Positions 37,210-51,312 of a stretch of DNA of 64,000 nucleotides are shown here, piece by piece. The notes under the pieces are model-generated. The model saw only the letters and a program-made list of their open reading frames with translations, was not told where the DNA came from and did not search any database. The stretch covers positions 72,788,001 to 72,852,000 of the forward strand of contig CM059430.1 in the NCBI GenBank assembly GCA_030390025.1, read 5' to 3'. Within the stretch, counting starts at the first letter, position 1, and each line of letters opens with the position of its first letter. The position numbers and the translations under genes were made by a program. The stretch is from Squalus acanthias (lineage: Eukaryota).

Positions 37210-40200
37210 TTCCTGGACGGGATGCTGTGTTCATCCCAGCTTCCTAGCTTCATTAGGACGGCCAAAATGAGGACCTAGAATCACTCAGCTCCAACCCTTA
37301 TTCAGGGAATATGGGAGCTGAACAGCATTGGGAGAATTAGCAGCAGCTGCCTGAACATCAACTCATTATTGCAATGCGTGTGGCATCAAGGAGCCTTCAC
37401 AATCTGGAGGTCATTTGGGACAAGTGGAACACCCTTCAGTTGGTGATCAATCATCGCAGATGAGCAGGAGTTCCTTACAGAAGTATCCTTAGCCTAAGTA
37501 TCTTCAACTGCTCCATCAATGACCTCCATTCCACAGTACGTTCACGAGCGTGGCTGTTAACTAATAATTATAGTATTCAGCTCCAGTGGCACGTCCTCAG
37601 GTAAAGAATATGCCTACAGCAGCAGTAACTTTAAAAAGGGAATTGGAACTATACTTAAAAACGAAATACATTGCGGGACAATGGCGAAAAACCAGGAGTG
37701 TGAAACTACTTGGCTAGCTCTTACAAAGAGCCGACACTGGCACGATGGGCTAAATGACTTCTTGCTGTGCTTGTATGACACTATTCGGAGTCTATAATTC
37801 CAGCCCACGACAGGACATATACAACATTCAATGTGAGTTTACAATCTTGCCAAGCAATGGCCAGCTCATTGATCAAGGAAAAGCACGTCAATTTCCCTAA
37901 TGCTTCAACACATTAACTATATCCTGGGCGTTAATCTTTCGTTAGCAACTTAACCGACCCTGCCATATGAACAACCGTAACTACTGGAGCAGCGCAGAAG
38001 CTGAAAGTTTTGCAATGAATATAATCTATCAACCTGTGAGCCTCTTTCTGAGATCCACAAGGCTCAAGTCTGGAATTTGGAAACATAGGCACTATTCGCC
38101 CGGATGGTTGCTTCTGAACGCTCAAGTATCTCTGCGCTATCCAGAACACCAACAGTTGTTTGATTCGCACCCATTTCACAGGAATCCATGGGTGCAGTAC
38201 GTACTATGTACATGATCTATTGAAACAATCAATTAATCAACAACATACCAGAGTTGACAATGGAAAAAAAATAAAGTGGAAAGCTTTGACAAGCATTGGT
38301 CCAAAGTAAACTTGTTCCTCCCAAGAATGCTACACTTACCAGATGCCATCTCTTAAATTACTCATATGCTGAAGTTTTTGGATTAATCTATTTTAAGGTA
38401 GATGGGGGTTGATGCAACTTAGTGGTTACATTTATAAAGCCAACAGGCCACCTTGCCTTATCTCGTTCTTGTCTTACCATTATTATCTGAGTAATATAGA
38501 CTTTTGGTGTGGCTTTTGTAGGAAAGAACGCAGCACACAAGGGTGTCGCTATCAGAAAGGGTTGCCCACATTATTTTGCTAACGTTTTTGAAACGGCTTA
38601 TAAATGCCTGTTTAAAAATAAAGGTCAAAGCGATGTCATACAACAGCAAGGCAATGCTAAGCCCAAGTAAATTGTGCTAAGACAATGCCACAAATTGTGA
38701 AGAGTGCAAAAAACTCAAGATTGAAGACAAAAAACACTGAAGAGCCAGAATATCATTTTAATGATTGGACAATGCTGCGTTGTTAACCATTAAGCAATTG
38801 ACTATACAAGAAGTAAATAACATTCATCTTAATTTTTTCATGAAATCAACTTTGTTAATGTTATGGCTGGATAACGATTTATAAAATAAGTCGTAGCAAT
38901 CGGTGCATATTTCTGTTGAAGTATGTTGCCCTGGAAAATAATGGCGGCAGAAGCAGAACAAAGTTACATACAGGGGCAAGTGTCCAGGCTGACGCGAGCA
39001 TTCTGCATGACGACAGTGGTATCTGCGTAGGTGAAAACATTAGGTGATTTTTGGTCCGGTGTAGATGACCTCGGCTGTTACTCTTTGGGTTTTCAAGTGT
39101 AACCGGACATAATCTGAACTCTTGTCCTGAAGTTTAGGCTGTTCTGTTTTCCTGGAGCCAGCCAATTCCAGCGCAGCGTATGTCAGATTGCTATCTGTTG
39201 TCGCTTGCTTTGTCTGTAAAGCGAGTGTTGGAGAATATCATTAATATATGGCCGGTGCCAGTTTGTTCAGTAGTCAAAGGAGCCATTACATTTAAGAAAG
39301 TCAACAGGTAATGCGATTTAAATAAGATGAGCAAACTAATTTATTTACTCCGCTATCATGGGTGACCTGTGTTTATTTTATTCTCAACCTACCTGTGCCT
39401 ACAGAGTGCTCTCCTCTTGATACTTAGCACTTGCAGTTTTCATTGGCTTTATCAAACCTAATGCAGTGAAAGCTCCATCTCATTTTCTGATCCCTGCATA
39501 GATCACAAAATAATGCATGTTATATTGTTTACTCATTATCTTAGTGACACTGCAGTGTATGGATTACACGTTGAACCGAACGGTCTGTAATATTAAAAAC
39601 AGAGTTGGAAAGTGAAGCTTTAAAATAAATCCACTTCGAGCTTTTTTTAGCTCTCAATAATTTTAGACTATATCATTAGGCCACTATATTATATTTTACT
39701 CTCTCAATGTGGACTATAGTCATGTTCTAACTTATGCTTGTTACACAAGTTACTATTTTGTGTGATAGCACAAAGGCCTAATGATACCTAAATTACTTGA
39801 GGTGTTTTGCTCTGACATGTGCATGCGTGTTTGAAAATAACATTTTATGTGGTTGCTGATTACATTAGCATTATATATTTTGAACAATTTCAATTACATG
39901 TGAGCAAAAACGCAGAATTGTCTCGCTGAAATATTAAATAAATATTTACTCTAAATTTTAAAGGGTTAATGCTTTCCCTTAAGCAACGAAATGATGTATT
40001 TCAGCTAAGTGGATTAATTGCATCTATGAAAGTATTTCATGCTTAATCACACAGACAGTTTCTATTTGCTTAACAAATGTATGAAAAGAACCTACCAGAC
40101 CTTCTGGATGTGTTGGTTGTTCCATGGATGCCCCTGTTCCTGGTAATGAATGAACTTGAAAATTTGAACATAAATTACTTATTGATATCGTTCTCCATGA

Positions 40201-43200
40201 TTCCAAAAAAATTTCATGTAGGCTTAATACAGTCCAACTTATTGTTCAGTAACACATTCTAGAACTTGTTGGATATCTCTATTTTTTCAAGCTTTACTGT
40301 CAAATTCCCATCTCCAGATTTTGTTAAAATTATTGAGTCCTACTCTCGTCAATTTCCACGGGGTCAAGAGGCTTCCTACCTTGAGCATGGCCCTGAAATT
40401 GCGGATTCTGTGACGGCATAATCTCAGAGTACATCATTGTATTGCTTTTGAAATGCCCCGTAAGTTCCGGATTTCCTCAAGTGCTTGCATATATCTGGAA
40501 ATTGAGGCCTGTCAATGTACACGTTGACAGGACATATGCGTGAAACCCGAAAAAGCAATCGCTGGTGCAGAGTTGAGCTATTTCCCCAGCGATTGACCAG
40601 CAACTGCCCACGCATGTCTTACAGTTGATGAAAGCAGGCATGGGCCTTTTTGTATCAGCGTAAGGAGATATCTAAGGCTTAAATTAAACATTTTTACTAT
40701 CCAAAATTATGCACATACACCGTATTAAACGAGGTTATGCAAATATTAGACTGTATTACAGTTTTAAATACGTATGAAATTATCAAAAAATATTTTTTTA
40801 CCGAGGTTGGTGCAACGAAGGTACTTTTGAAGAAAATTCCAAATTTGAACATTATATAATTCTTAGATTTGGGAATTTCATTGCATATCATTGGGGGATT
40901 CCCTTCGTAAATGATTGGAATGTTATTATGTTTATGGATTGGAAGACTGGGCCCAAATGATCGCAGATACGCTTCCGATGCGCAGGCATCCTGGGATCTG
41001 TGGATCTGTGGATCATTACGCTGCCCTCCGCCTCGAGGCCTGAGACTACAACTTTTCGCAGTCAGGGCACCAGGAGATACTTTCCTAATTGTTTCATGGG
41101 TCGGAGGCATACTCCGGAATTATGCTTCTGACGGCATTTTCTAGCCTGTTACTTGACGGGAAAGCGCACCGCATTAGATCCTGCCCTCATCTCACTTCCA
41201 CCAGCTGATAGAGGTCAGAGAATTTTAGATACAACACGAGAAACTTTTTCCTACCCACTCCAGAGCGCTGAAAGTAAATACGGCCACTTTATTGCTCCGT
41301 GACAGATTATTAAACTCAGTGCATTGGTTCTAGTGCTACATCTACCTGGGTCCTATCATCAAAAGCACAACATGTCATCCATTTGCAAGAGAGAAGAAAT
41401 AACTTCTCATTTATGTAGCGCTTTCTAGGACGTTAAGGCATCCCAATGCGCTTCTCTAACGAAACGTACTTTGGAAGTTTAATCAATGTTGTAATGTAAG
41501 GAAAAGCGGCGGCGAATTGATCATAGATAGGTCGTGCATAGAGTCATGCGATAAATAAGCAATTCAATTGTTTTCCGATACACATTGGGGATACATGTTT
41601 TGCAGGACACCGATAGATCTTCCAGTCCTGCTTAAATATTCCCAAGAGATCTTTTACATCCACTTCAGCGGGCAGACGGAGACTGGTTTTCAGTTTTCAT
41701 CCGAAAGCTCTCCCTCAGTACGGCACTGGTTTGTCGTTCTAAATGATGTGCTTAACTCTCCGACCTCTGATTATCAGGTGAAAATGCTTCTACTGATCCA
41801 AGGCTGACATTAACTTACTTCATCCCTAACCTCACATTATCAAGGAAATACTAAAGGACACAATGAAACGGGAAAATTTCATACCTTTACATATTATTAA
41901 TGGATATCGCTTCCTCATGATTATCAGGAGCAACAGCATTAAGATTGCACCTCCTGCGGATCGATAGACCTGCAAGTAGCATTGCGCGTTCCCATCTCCT
42001 GTAAAATAAATGTCAAAACTAAAATTTGAAATTGAACATTTTGAGAAAGTTTTCTGCAGATCCACCTTTCAATGTCGCCTACTATTCTTTTGAACATTTA
42101 TTTCAATTTTCGGGAGTCCCGCAGCATAAAGAGACGGTTAAACATTTTATTGATCTTCTTATTTTTCCTTTTCCATTTCAAGTCGTTATGATTACTTTAA
42201 ATCTAAAGAAAATTTTACTACTGCATTTATAAAATGGAGCACGATTAAACCTCCACCCCTGAGTAATACTGAAGACGATTATATTGGGACTTTAGTTTTT
42301 AGACACATGTTAACTAGCAATTAGATATGATAGTTGATTCCTAGATTAGTCACCAGTGTGTGGTAAACAAGATGTGCTGTTTCGAGATTTCAACAGCTTC
42401 AGTTTTAATTTTTACTGAAACCAGCATTTTATTCCCAGAATAGTTTAAACTGAAGTTAAATTATCAAACTACCATGGCGTAATGATCGGTCCAGGCGTCT
42501 GGGTTACTATTTCCGTACAATAACAATTATATTACAATACCTCAGCTCTCTAATAGAAAACGATCAGAACAAAGACCTGTTCGCCAACAGATCTGGAATA
42601 ATCTACTTAAATCTATATTATTGTTCCTATGAAGAGTGAAAACCCATCAATGCTCTTTTAAAGGATTGTGGACAAAATTGTGCAAATGCCAAATACGGTC
42701 CATAATCTTTGGTACCCGTCTTGGGTCAGATGTTCCTTGCATTTGTTATAATTAGATTTTTTACCTCCAGTACTTTTTGAAATGAATCGGAAGTCAGTTG
42801 CCGTTTGGACGGTGAGATGAAATGCCTGGCAGGTATAAATAGTCCCGCTCTTGACAGGCTGTGACTCTTCCAAAAAGCTGGAAACTTCATACAGACCTTT
42901 TTCATTTATCTGTATAACGGCGTTTATCCCGGTCTCAACTTTCAAACCATCCTTGTACCAAGTAATAATATCATTTCGGTAAAATTCAGCAGTTTTACAC
43001 ACAAGAATCAAAGAAGCAGATGCATTACGATCAGCCTCATTGCAGTCAATACGCAGAGGGCTTGGGGGAACTGTGGAACAAGATACAGAAGAGATTAGAA
43101 CTGACTGAGCTCTTTCAGAATGTATGAAGTAATTCTATTTTCTACCAGATTAATTCAACGTGACATTAATACTTTCGAAACATTAAATGGCATGTTCATT

Positions 43201-44714
43201 TATAGAAACGTTGGGTGGATTTTCAACTTGCTGTCTGGGCGGGAAACAGACGATGTTGATCGGCAACTCGGCATCACGTTGAAAATCTATCCCATTAATT
43301 AAAGGATTACAATTTCTACTGAGACGTTGGTGAGTTAAACATGATACCGTCAAGATCAATGCTAGAAAGAATATAGATGGAAGATATAACGGTTTGGAGG
43401 GTTTTGAGATTATTGCAAATCATATATATCTCAATATAAATAATAATTAAGAGCAGGTAGAAAGGGATTCGATGGATAATATGTTTACAACACTTCGCAT
43501 TTTACAGGGCTAAGCTTTTAAATCAAAAAAATATCCTTTCACGATCAAATTGTTTTAATGTTGTTTATAAAAGCATATTGAACACCATTCACCTTAACTG
43601 GAATATTTTAGAAAATTACCAGACGGTTTAGTAACTGTCGAGACAGTTTTACTGGGTTAGAGACTCTTTTGAAGTAATTATTGTGAAGAGTGTTGGAAAG
43701 ATTAATTTAAAATATAGATAATACGTAGTTAAAGAATGGCAATTAGTGAAGTAACATAGCTGGAGGAAACGCAAAGCAGAAGAAACTAGATCAATGGGAA
43801 AGTTAGTGAGAACTTGCCGTAGAGGGACCTGATGTTTAAGCCAGAGTGCTGCAGAGAGAGATGTAACGGTTCGAAAGCAACAATTAACTTGCCATCTAAG
43901 AGAAGAGCTTATTCATCATATTCTCATTCAAGCGGCAGACTTACCAATGAAAGTGAAGCAGTCGTCCTTGCTAAAATAAACTGTACTCAATTATAAACCA
44001 GCAAATTATGTTACATCGTGATAGGGAATGGTGTTTATTGCGCTCTGTATGTTGATTTTGCTTAGCTACGCTAATTATTAATAATGCATTCGTAATGATA
44101 TTAATGCATCATCAATGTTGAACCTCAAGTTCACCACTAGCTGTAATTAGTGGATGGAATTAAGTAAATTAATCAGTGGCAAACCTCTTTCACGTTCAAT
44201 TCTTGTTCGCGTTCTTAATCAAGTGTTTAAATGTCTCTTTACCGTACGTTGTGTTACATTCGTGTTCGTTCCCAAACATTATTTGAACGAATTGTGTATA
44301 AATAAAGCAAGGTATTGAATAAGAATTTAATTGTAAATTCCAAAAGGCTTAAAACAAACGCGTGGATGCCCGAAACATGAATGACGATAAACAAAATTAT
44401 TGCACCGTGTATGTTTTAATTGTATTAAACATTTAGTGGAATAGTTTCAGGTACAAATTAACGTAGATGAGAAGCTTTGACCCAGTTCCATTTCCCATCC
44501 GAGTACCCGGATGTTTCACTCCACAGCAATAAACTCCAGAGTCCGCGGCGCTGATATTCAGGAGGCGAAGAGAGGCCTTTCCTTTCTTCAAAGGAGGAAA
44601 TCGTTTTCTGCTGTCATTACCTGACTGTAGAAACTCATTTTCTTCCAGTTTCCACCAGTGAACAGTCACATCGGAATTATGTTGTAAAAAAGGGAATGCG
44701 CAATAGAAAGTAAT

Positions 44715-45469
44715 GGCCTAGAAATTCGGGTGGCCGGCTTGCCGCGGGAGTTAGGATCGCGCGCGCTCTTACCTACCGCGCCTGCCGTTGTGTTTCGGGC
44801 CCACAGGAACTTCGGGTACTGGGCCTCTCCTTAGTGCTGGCGCGCAGTGCTTGCGTGTCCCAGGGGCGCAGTTAGTGCGATGCGACCTCTGGGATCACGT
44901 GTGCCATGGAGAGCCAATGGCAGGAGACATTCTTTCATTCATAGATTTGACAGGCGACCTATCAAATCTGTGAATTGAAATCGGCCCCAAAAGAACAGCT
45001 AAACCTCTAATAAATTTTTGAAAAAAATCACATTAATAACATAACTATAGTTAAATAAATTAACCACTTTAAACAAAAATTTAAATTTTTGAAATAAATT
45101 ATATTCTTTTTAAAAGATATAAAAATAAACTTACCTTTCTTTAAAGTCGCTAAAAAAGATAAACCTGTTGAAAAAAATTTAAATTTTTACTTAATTAACT
45201 AATTACTCTGTTCAAAAGGGGTCTCCTTTTTACTTGTGTAGAATCTTCCAAACTTACCCTCCCGTTGAAACTTGAAAAAAAACCTAAGTGTGCTGCGTGC
45301 GCGCAGCCTCCATTGCGTACGCCGTTCACCTACGAACCGCCCCCTTCGCCATACCGGAAGTGCCGATTTCCCGCGCATGCGCAGTGCATCCAGGAAACCG
45401 GCACTTCGGGAACGAATACGGGTGAGTACGCAGCGGGTACTCTCCCGTATTCGGCCGAATTTTTGGGAC
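44715..45469 (+). mobile_element. Harbinger MITE, subfamily Y, inserted in the V exon of copy 2
   Basis: TIR GGCCTAGAAATTCGG / CCGAATTTTTGGGAC, TSD aat/att. Empty site agtaatgtttcc in copy 1 (~11734-11745). Confidence 0.95.
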
Positions 45470-47293
45470 ATTGTTTCCACCTGCGATCACGTTTTCAGGG
45501 GCTTGGATCACACTTAACTGAACACCGGAAACAGCTGTTAGGAAATAAATGCAAACAGTAATGAGATATACCGCACAAACACAGCTTGCTGACAATAATC
45601 ATCGACTTCTGATAGTAGGTTATATTTGCTGAGGATTAAATTCAATCCTTGTCAACGATATCTGATCCTACAAGCGCTGTCTCTAACGAGTTCATTTTAA
45701 ACGATGTAATCTGTCGGCGCTGCTGTTTATTTAATGTGCCTAGCTAGCACATTTCTATTCTTAAAACTAACCTGATGTGAAGCGCAGACCACACAAGTAC
45801 ATTTTGAATTGCACATGTCTTCAGGAACAGACAATGATCAGACAATGAACACATCAACTGAGATATGGTTAATGCGAAGCAAGGACTATGATCTTGACAT
45901 AACTCAGGACGAAAGGACTTTCACTGGACTTTGTTTCTTGTTTTATGTTCAATTGACGTGGTAATACATCCTAACACCAGATTCACTTCGACAATTGTCT
46001 CGTTGCACTGACCATGGATCTTTCATCAAACATGAAATGTAATCCTCCTGTCTTTCTCCAGCTCAACATCCTTGAAGCAAAGGACCCGGCCTCATTCAAA
46101 GATGCAGTTGCCCCTATCCAAGTGCAGCACACTACATTCGTCTAGATTAAATTATATCTACCAGATTCGGTTAATTCCTCTATTTAATCTAGTTTTGTCT
46201 GCAAACATATTTTATTTTATCCACGGTCTTTATATCCACAGATATGTTCGTGCAATCTACGCACTTGCAGATAACATCCCATGCCTTTACCCAAATAATT
46301 GATAAATAATGCAATGGTCCTAACGATTAATAACTATATTCTGTGTCCCTGAAAAAAGCAGGTTCCTTGTCCATCCCAAACCAAAACCTGCATACAAATG
46401 CCACAATACTCAGCCTACCTTATTAGCCCTTTGTGCCGGACTGTATTGACCTCTTTTTTAAAAGTCTAGATATGCAATATCAATATGACTGTCTCATCTA
46501 CCAACTTTGTAAATTCTTGGGAAAAGTGCAACGAAGTTGGTGAGACACGACCTTCTATTTCATAAACCATGTCTGGATTCCGTAATAATCTCATCATTTC
46601 GAATTGATAGTACAGCGCATCTCTAATAATTGTATAATTTGGAGTTTCTCACTCAGACAATTTTTGAAATGTTGGGAAGACGAGGCCCCCTCACGGGTCC
46701 ATGGACAGCATCACAGATAATTTTACAATATAACTACTAAATTTATACACAATTGGCTGGCATAGCACAGGCCACATTCATTGGAACACACTCGGTAGAA
46801 TGTCTTCAAGGTCAGCACCCCGACTTATTTTCCGAGCAGTAACTGCAGCAAGGACTGCATCCGTATCCAGTTCAACAGATTTACTTTTAATATCAGCCTC
46901 ATGTCGTCGTATTGGTAACACAACATCTTTGAACGTAGTAAAGGCAGGTGTAAAGTAAGCTTTTAAATTTTTTCTCATATCCTGGTACTCCCCCTGAACC
47001 TGCCCAGAGGATCGCTCAATGGTCAAGTACTTTCCTTGGTGAGCCTGTGATGTTTCAACAAAGTTAAAATTACCTTACTATTAATACGACCCCGATACAA
47101 GCTTCTCCATCCGTGTCTTTATCTCTAATCATACAAATTCTTACATTTATCCTAATGCCTGAACCTTGGTGATTAAATAACATTGGAACTCTGAGCGAAA
47201 ATGTGACCAACTATAACCATAAATAATACCAACGCATACCATATAAAAGGAGTTCAGATTTCCAGCGTCCGCCGTATCTTGCTTTTGATATAT

Positions 47294-48031
47294 GGCCCAG
47301 AAATTGATCTCGCTCTGTTCCCGCGGGGGTAAGGAGCAGGCGCGATCTCTCACTCCGCGTTGGCTTTTTCAGATCCAGCTCGCACGAACTTGATGTTCCA
47401 GACATCAGCTGGGCAGTGCTTGCGTATCCCACCGGCGTAGTGAATTCGTGCGAGCTGTGGGATCACGTGACTCAGTTCGAGCCAATGGCAGCACACCATC
47501 TTCCATTCATAAGTTTCACATACGTGCTGTGAAAGCTATGAATCTTACACACCCCCAAAATAACAGCTAAACCTGAATTAAATTAAAAAAAAACCATCAC
47601 ATTAATAAAATAAGTTTAGTTAAATAAATTAACCATTTTAAATAAAAAATTAAATTTAAAAAAAAATTTAAAATCTTTTAAAAAGTTATAAAAATAAACT
47701 TACCTGTCTTTAAAGTCTCTAAAAAAGATATACCTGTTAAAAAAAATTCAAAATAATACTTAATTCACTACTTACCTTGTTAAAAGTGGGTCTTACTCCT
47801 TTTTTCATTTCTAAAATCCACCGTCCTTACCTGCGCGTCCAAAGCACGAAGTGCACAGCGTGCGTGCAGCCTGTAGCGCGCACGCGGTGCACCGAGGAAC
47901 CGCCCCTTTTCCAAAAACCAAGTGCCGGTTTTCAGCGCATGCGCAGGGCATGCAGAAAACCGGCAATTGGAGAGAGAATACGCGAGAGTACACAGTGCCT
48001 GCTCTCGCGTAGCGGCATCAATTTTTGGCCC
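47294..48031 (+). mobile_element. Harbinger MITE, subfamily X, in intron 1 of copy 2
   Basis: Closely similar to 14321-15063. Empty site ttttgatatattaaaac at ~13536-13552. Confidence 0.92.
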
Positions 48032-48806
48032 ATTAAAACAGGATATTAATAGAAAAGAAAACTCATGGATATACCTGTATATGCATTCGCGAAGATCAAT
48101 ATCCATTGAAACATAATCATATTTAGAAATTGAATTGACTGCAGGCTACAGGTAGGCGCCATCCTCTGATGGTTTGGAAATACTGACTTACTCCGAACAT
48201 GATTCGAACTGAGAGATGATGACGCATGAGTCTAAAACTGCCCTCAGTAACATAATTTATTTTAAGCGTTAAGAGCTGTGCCCGCGGTTGTGCGTTCATG
48301 ATGGACTATAACTTGATCACACTATTTAATCTGAAAAGCTGTAGTAGCAGTAAATATATCTTTAAAGAATTAGATAAAACTTTTGGAGAAATTATTTAGC
48401 TCGACATTTGAAGTTGTTGCTAAAGTTTATGGACTCAAATAAAGTCAACACGACTGGCCGATTTCACACAGCGCCATACGCACTCTTGTACATGCAACTA
48501 AATTTAAGCCAAAATGATAGCTAACCACCATCACTACAGCAGACTGCGGCCTCAGGCTTGCACCTCCATTGCAATACACATAAGAAGTGCAACTGATACT
48601 GCGGGCTCTGCCTGGAATTGCGTACAATGAACGTAGACATTTGTGAGTTTGTGTTTGGCGTTTTCCATCTGCCTGTTTAACAGCTGAAGATTTCATTTGA
48701 GCGTTATGTCTTACTGATGTAACAGTAGTTCATACAATATACTTCATAAAACAGCCGTTGATCAAATTCAGCGAGCAGACCAGAAACACCAATGTAGAAA
48801 GATAAT

Positions 48807-49571
48807 GACCCAAAATTTAAGCCGTTCTCGGGTGAGTACTCAGTCCGTACTCACCCGTATTCATTCCCGAAGTACCGGTTTCCTGCACGCACTGCGCATG
48901 CGCGGGGAACCGGCACTTCCGGTATGGTGAAGGGGGCGGTTCCGAGGTGACCCGCGTGCGCGCTACAGGCTGCGCGCACGCAGCACACTGAGATAATTTT
49001 TCAGGTTTCAACCCGAGGATAAGTATTGAAGATTCTACGCTAATAAAAAGGAGGCGTAAGACCCCTTTTGAACAAGGTAAGTAGTTAATTAAGTATAATT
49101 TTAATTTTTTTTCAACAGGTTTATCTTTTTTAGAGACTTTAAAGAAAGGTAAGTTTATTTTTATAACTTTTAAAAAGTATTTTAATTTCTTCAAAAATTT
49201 AAATTTTTGTTTAAAGTGGTTAATTTATTTAACTGTAGTTATTTTATTAATGTGATGGTTTGTTTTTTTAATTTATTTGAGGTGTAGCTGTTCTATTGGG
49301 GCCGATTTCAATTCACAGATTTGACAGGTCTCCTCTCAAATCTATGAATGAAAGATGGTCTGCTGCCATTGGCTCTCCATGGCCTACGTGATCCCAGGGT
49401 TCGCATCCCACTAACTGCGCCCCTGGAACAGGCAAGCACTGCGCGCCGGCTCTTGGGAGAGGCCCGGGACCCGAAGTTCCTGTGGGCCCAAAACACAACG
49501 GCAGGCACGGTGGGTAAGAGCGCGCGCGATCCTTACCCCCGCGGCCAGCCGGCCACCCGAATTTCTATGTC
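48807..49571 (-). mobile_element. Harbinger MITE, subfamily Y, upstream of copy 2
   Basis: Reverse-complement relative of 44715-45469; flanks aat/tat. Confidence 0.9.
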
Positions 49572-51312
49572 TATAATATACAGAACGAGTTTGGACTATT
49601 CAGACTTTTTGCGAGAACGATCCAGTGCACACGGAAGTAATATTTATGAAGGTGGGTAGAATTAATCTGCTGTTCAACTGAAACCATCTATCTGTTTTTG
49701 CATATATATTGACCCATTCTTTAGAATAATTCCAGCTAATAACCATAAGTGTGTTTAGATATTATTACGTTGCAATCAATAGGTGCATGTTTAGTGTTAG
49801 AACTGCCTACACGGAAATGTACTAATAAACCAATACCGTTCTTTACCCAGAGACAGCAATCCGTTTATGATTTAGTCTATCAAATAGAGCAAAAACCGCA
49901 TTTCAGGTGAGGCCAAAAATGTCATCTGCTCTTTGATCAATGTATGAACGGTTAGAGTTTACGTGCATTTTAATAGGATACGTGCGAGTAGAAACCACAG
50001 TTTAACCTTGTGACTCTTGCTGATGTTTTCTTTCACTATCATAACCAGTTACCTTTTTGACTTACATCACGGATTGAAATATCGTGTTGCTAATGGTAAA
50101 GTAGATCAAAGATCAGCAGAGGAACAAACACCATCTTTTCTTTGTATTGATCAACATAGTCTTACATTAAACAATCTCTACTTTATGCAACAACCTTCTT
50201 CATAAAGCGCGGGGTCATCCCCACGAGGCAGCATGTTTGTGATACAACATTTCATTAATGGTCTCACAACATTAAAATTGATTAATCATTGAAATTAAAA
50301 TATTAATTTGTCCGGCTACGGATTTCTCTTTTTAAGACAAACTATGTGATTATTCTATATCTACTTCGATTCTAGATAGATCAAAATCCTTTTAAAATGT
50401 CTATCATAGAAAAGTCATAATAATAGGTGAAAGTAATTTTAAACATCTGTCATGCCAGAAAGATAATAATGTATTATGCATTGAAAGGGGTTTTGCATAT
50501 TTAGCAACCTTGCATATTTAGTGATCATTTTCATCGATTTGAAATTAGCTGTTTGGTTCAAAACGTAGAACTTCAATAACAAACGATGGGCGTTGAGCAG
50601 AAACAAAGCAGAAGAAGATTGCAGCTTATAGGCTCAGTTTTGGAAAATGGTGAAGGTAATGTTTAGAGACCAAAGTTGGAAATTGCATTTATAGAAATAT
50701 AGATTCATAGAAGCATAGACCATTTATCCAATTCCCATTTGAAAGCAACGATTGGATCTGCTTCCATCAACCTACCAGGTACTGAATTCCAGATCATACC
50801 AAATCATAGAATGATATAGAATTACAGCACAGAAACAGGTCTTTCGGCCCAACCAGTCCATGCTGGCATTTATGACGCCCTTGAGACTCCTCTCATCGTT
50901 CCTCATCTAAATCTATCCGCATAATCCTCCATTCCATTCTCCCTCATATGCTTATATAGCTTTCCTTTAAATTCATCCTTATTATTCGCCTCAACGACTA
51001 CCTGTTGGACCGAGTTCCACATTCTCAGTATTCTCTGGGTAAAGAAGCATTTAGAGTGCATGTACGTAAATGCACAGAGCATGACAAATGAGGTTGGAGA
51101 GCTGCAGGCACAAGTTGCTGAATGGGGTTATAATATAGTGGCATTAATGGAGACCTGCCTGAAATAAAATCAGAAATTTTAACTTACCATTCCTGGCTAC
51201 AATATATTCAGGAAGGACAGGGAACAAAAAAGAAAGGAGGGCTCGCACTATTGACCAAATACCCTGTTACAGCCCTAGAAATGGATGATGTGCTCAAGGT
51301 TTGAAAGAGAGA

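Larger units (their letters stand above)
39399..48120 (-). pseudogene. Copy 2 of the VJ-C1-TM receptor gene, disrupted (exons 48075-48120, 44462-45534, 42765-43070, 41885-41998, 40096-40154, 39399-39493)
   Basis: Exon-by-exon paralog of 6243-13633. MITE inside the V exon (44715-45469), V donor changed gt to tt (TACG|ttaatt), 6-bp deletion in V, and a 1-bp deletion in the last exon giving an early TAG at 39458-39460. Confidence 0.8.
34283..51046 (+). repeat. Segmental duplication unit, copy 2
   Basis: Direct-orientation paralog of 1-18478. Similarity stops abruptly where a plus-strand CR1 begins at ~51048. Confidence 0.95.
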
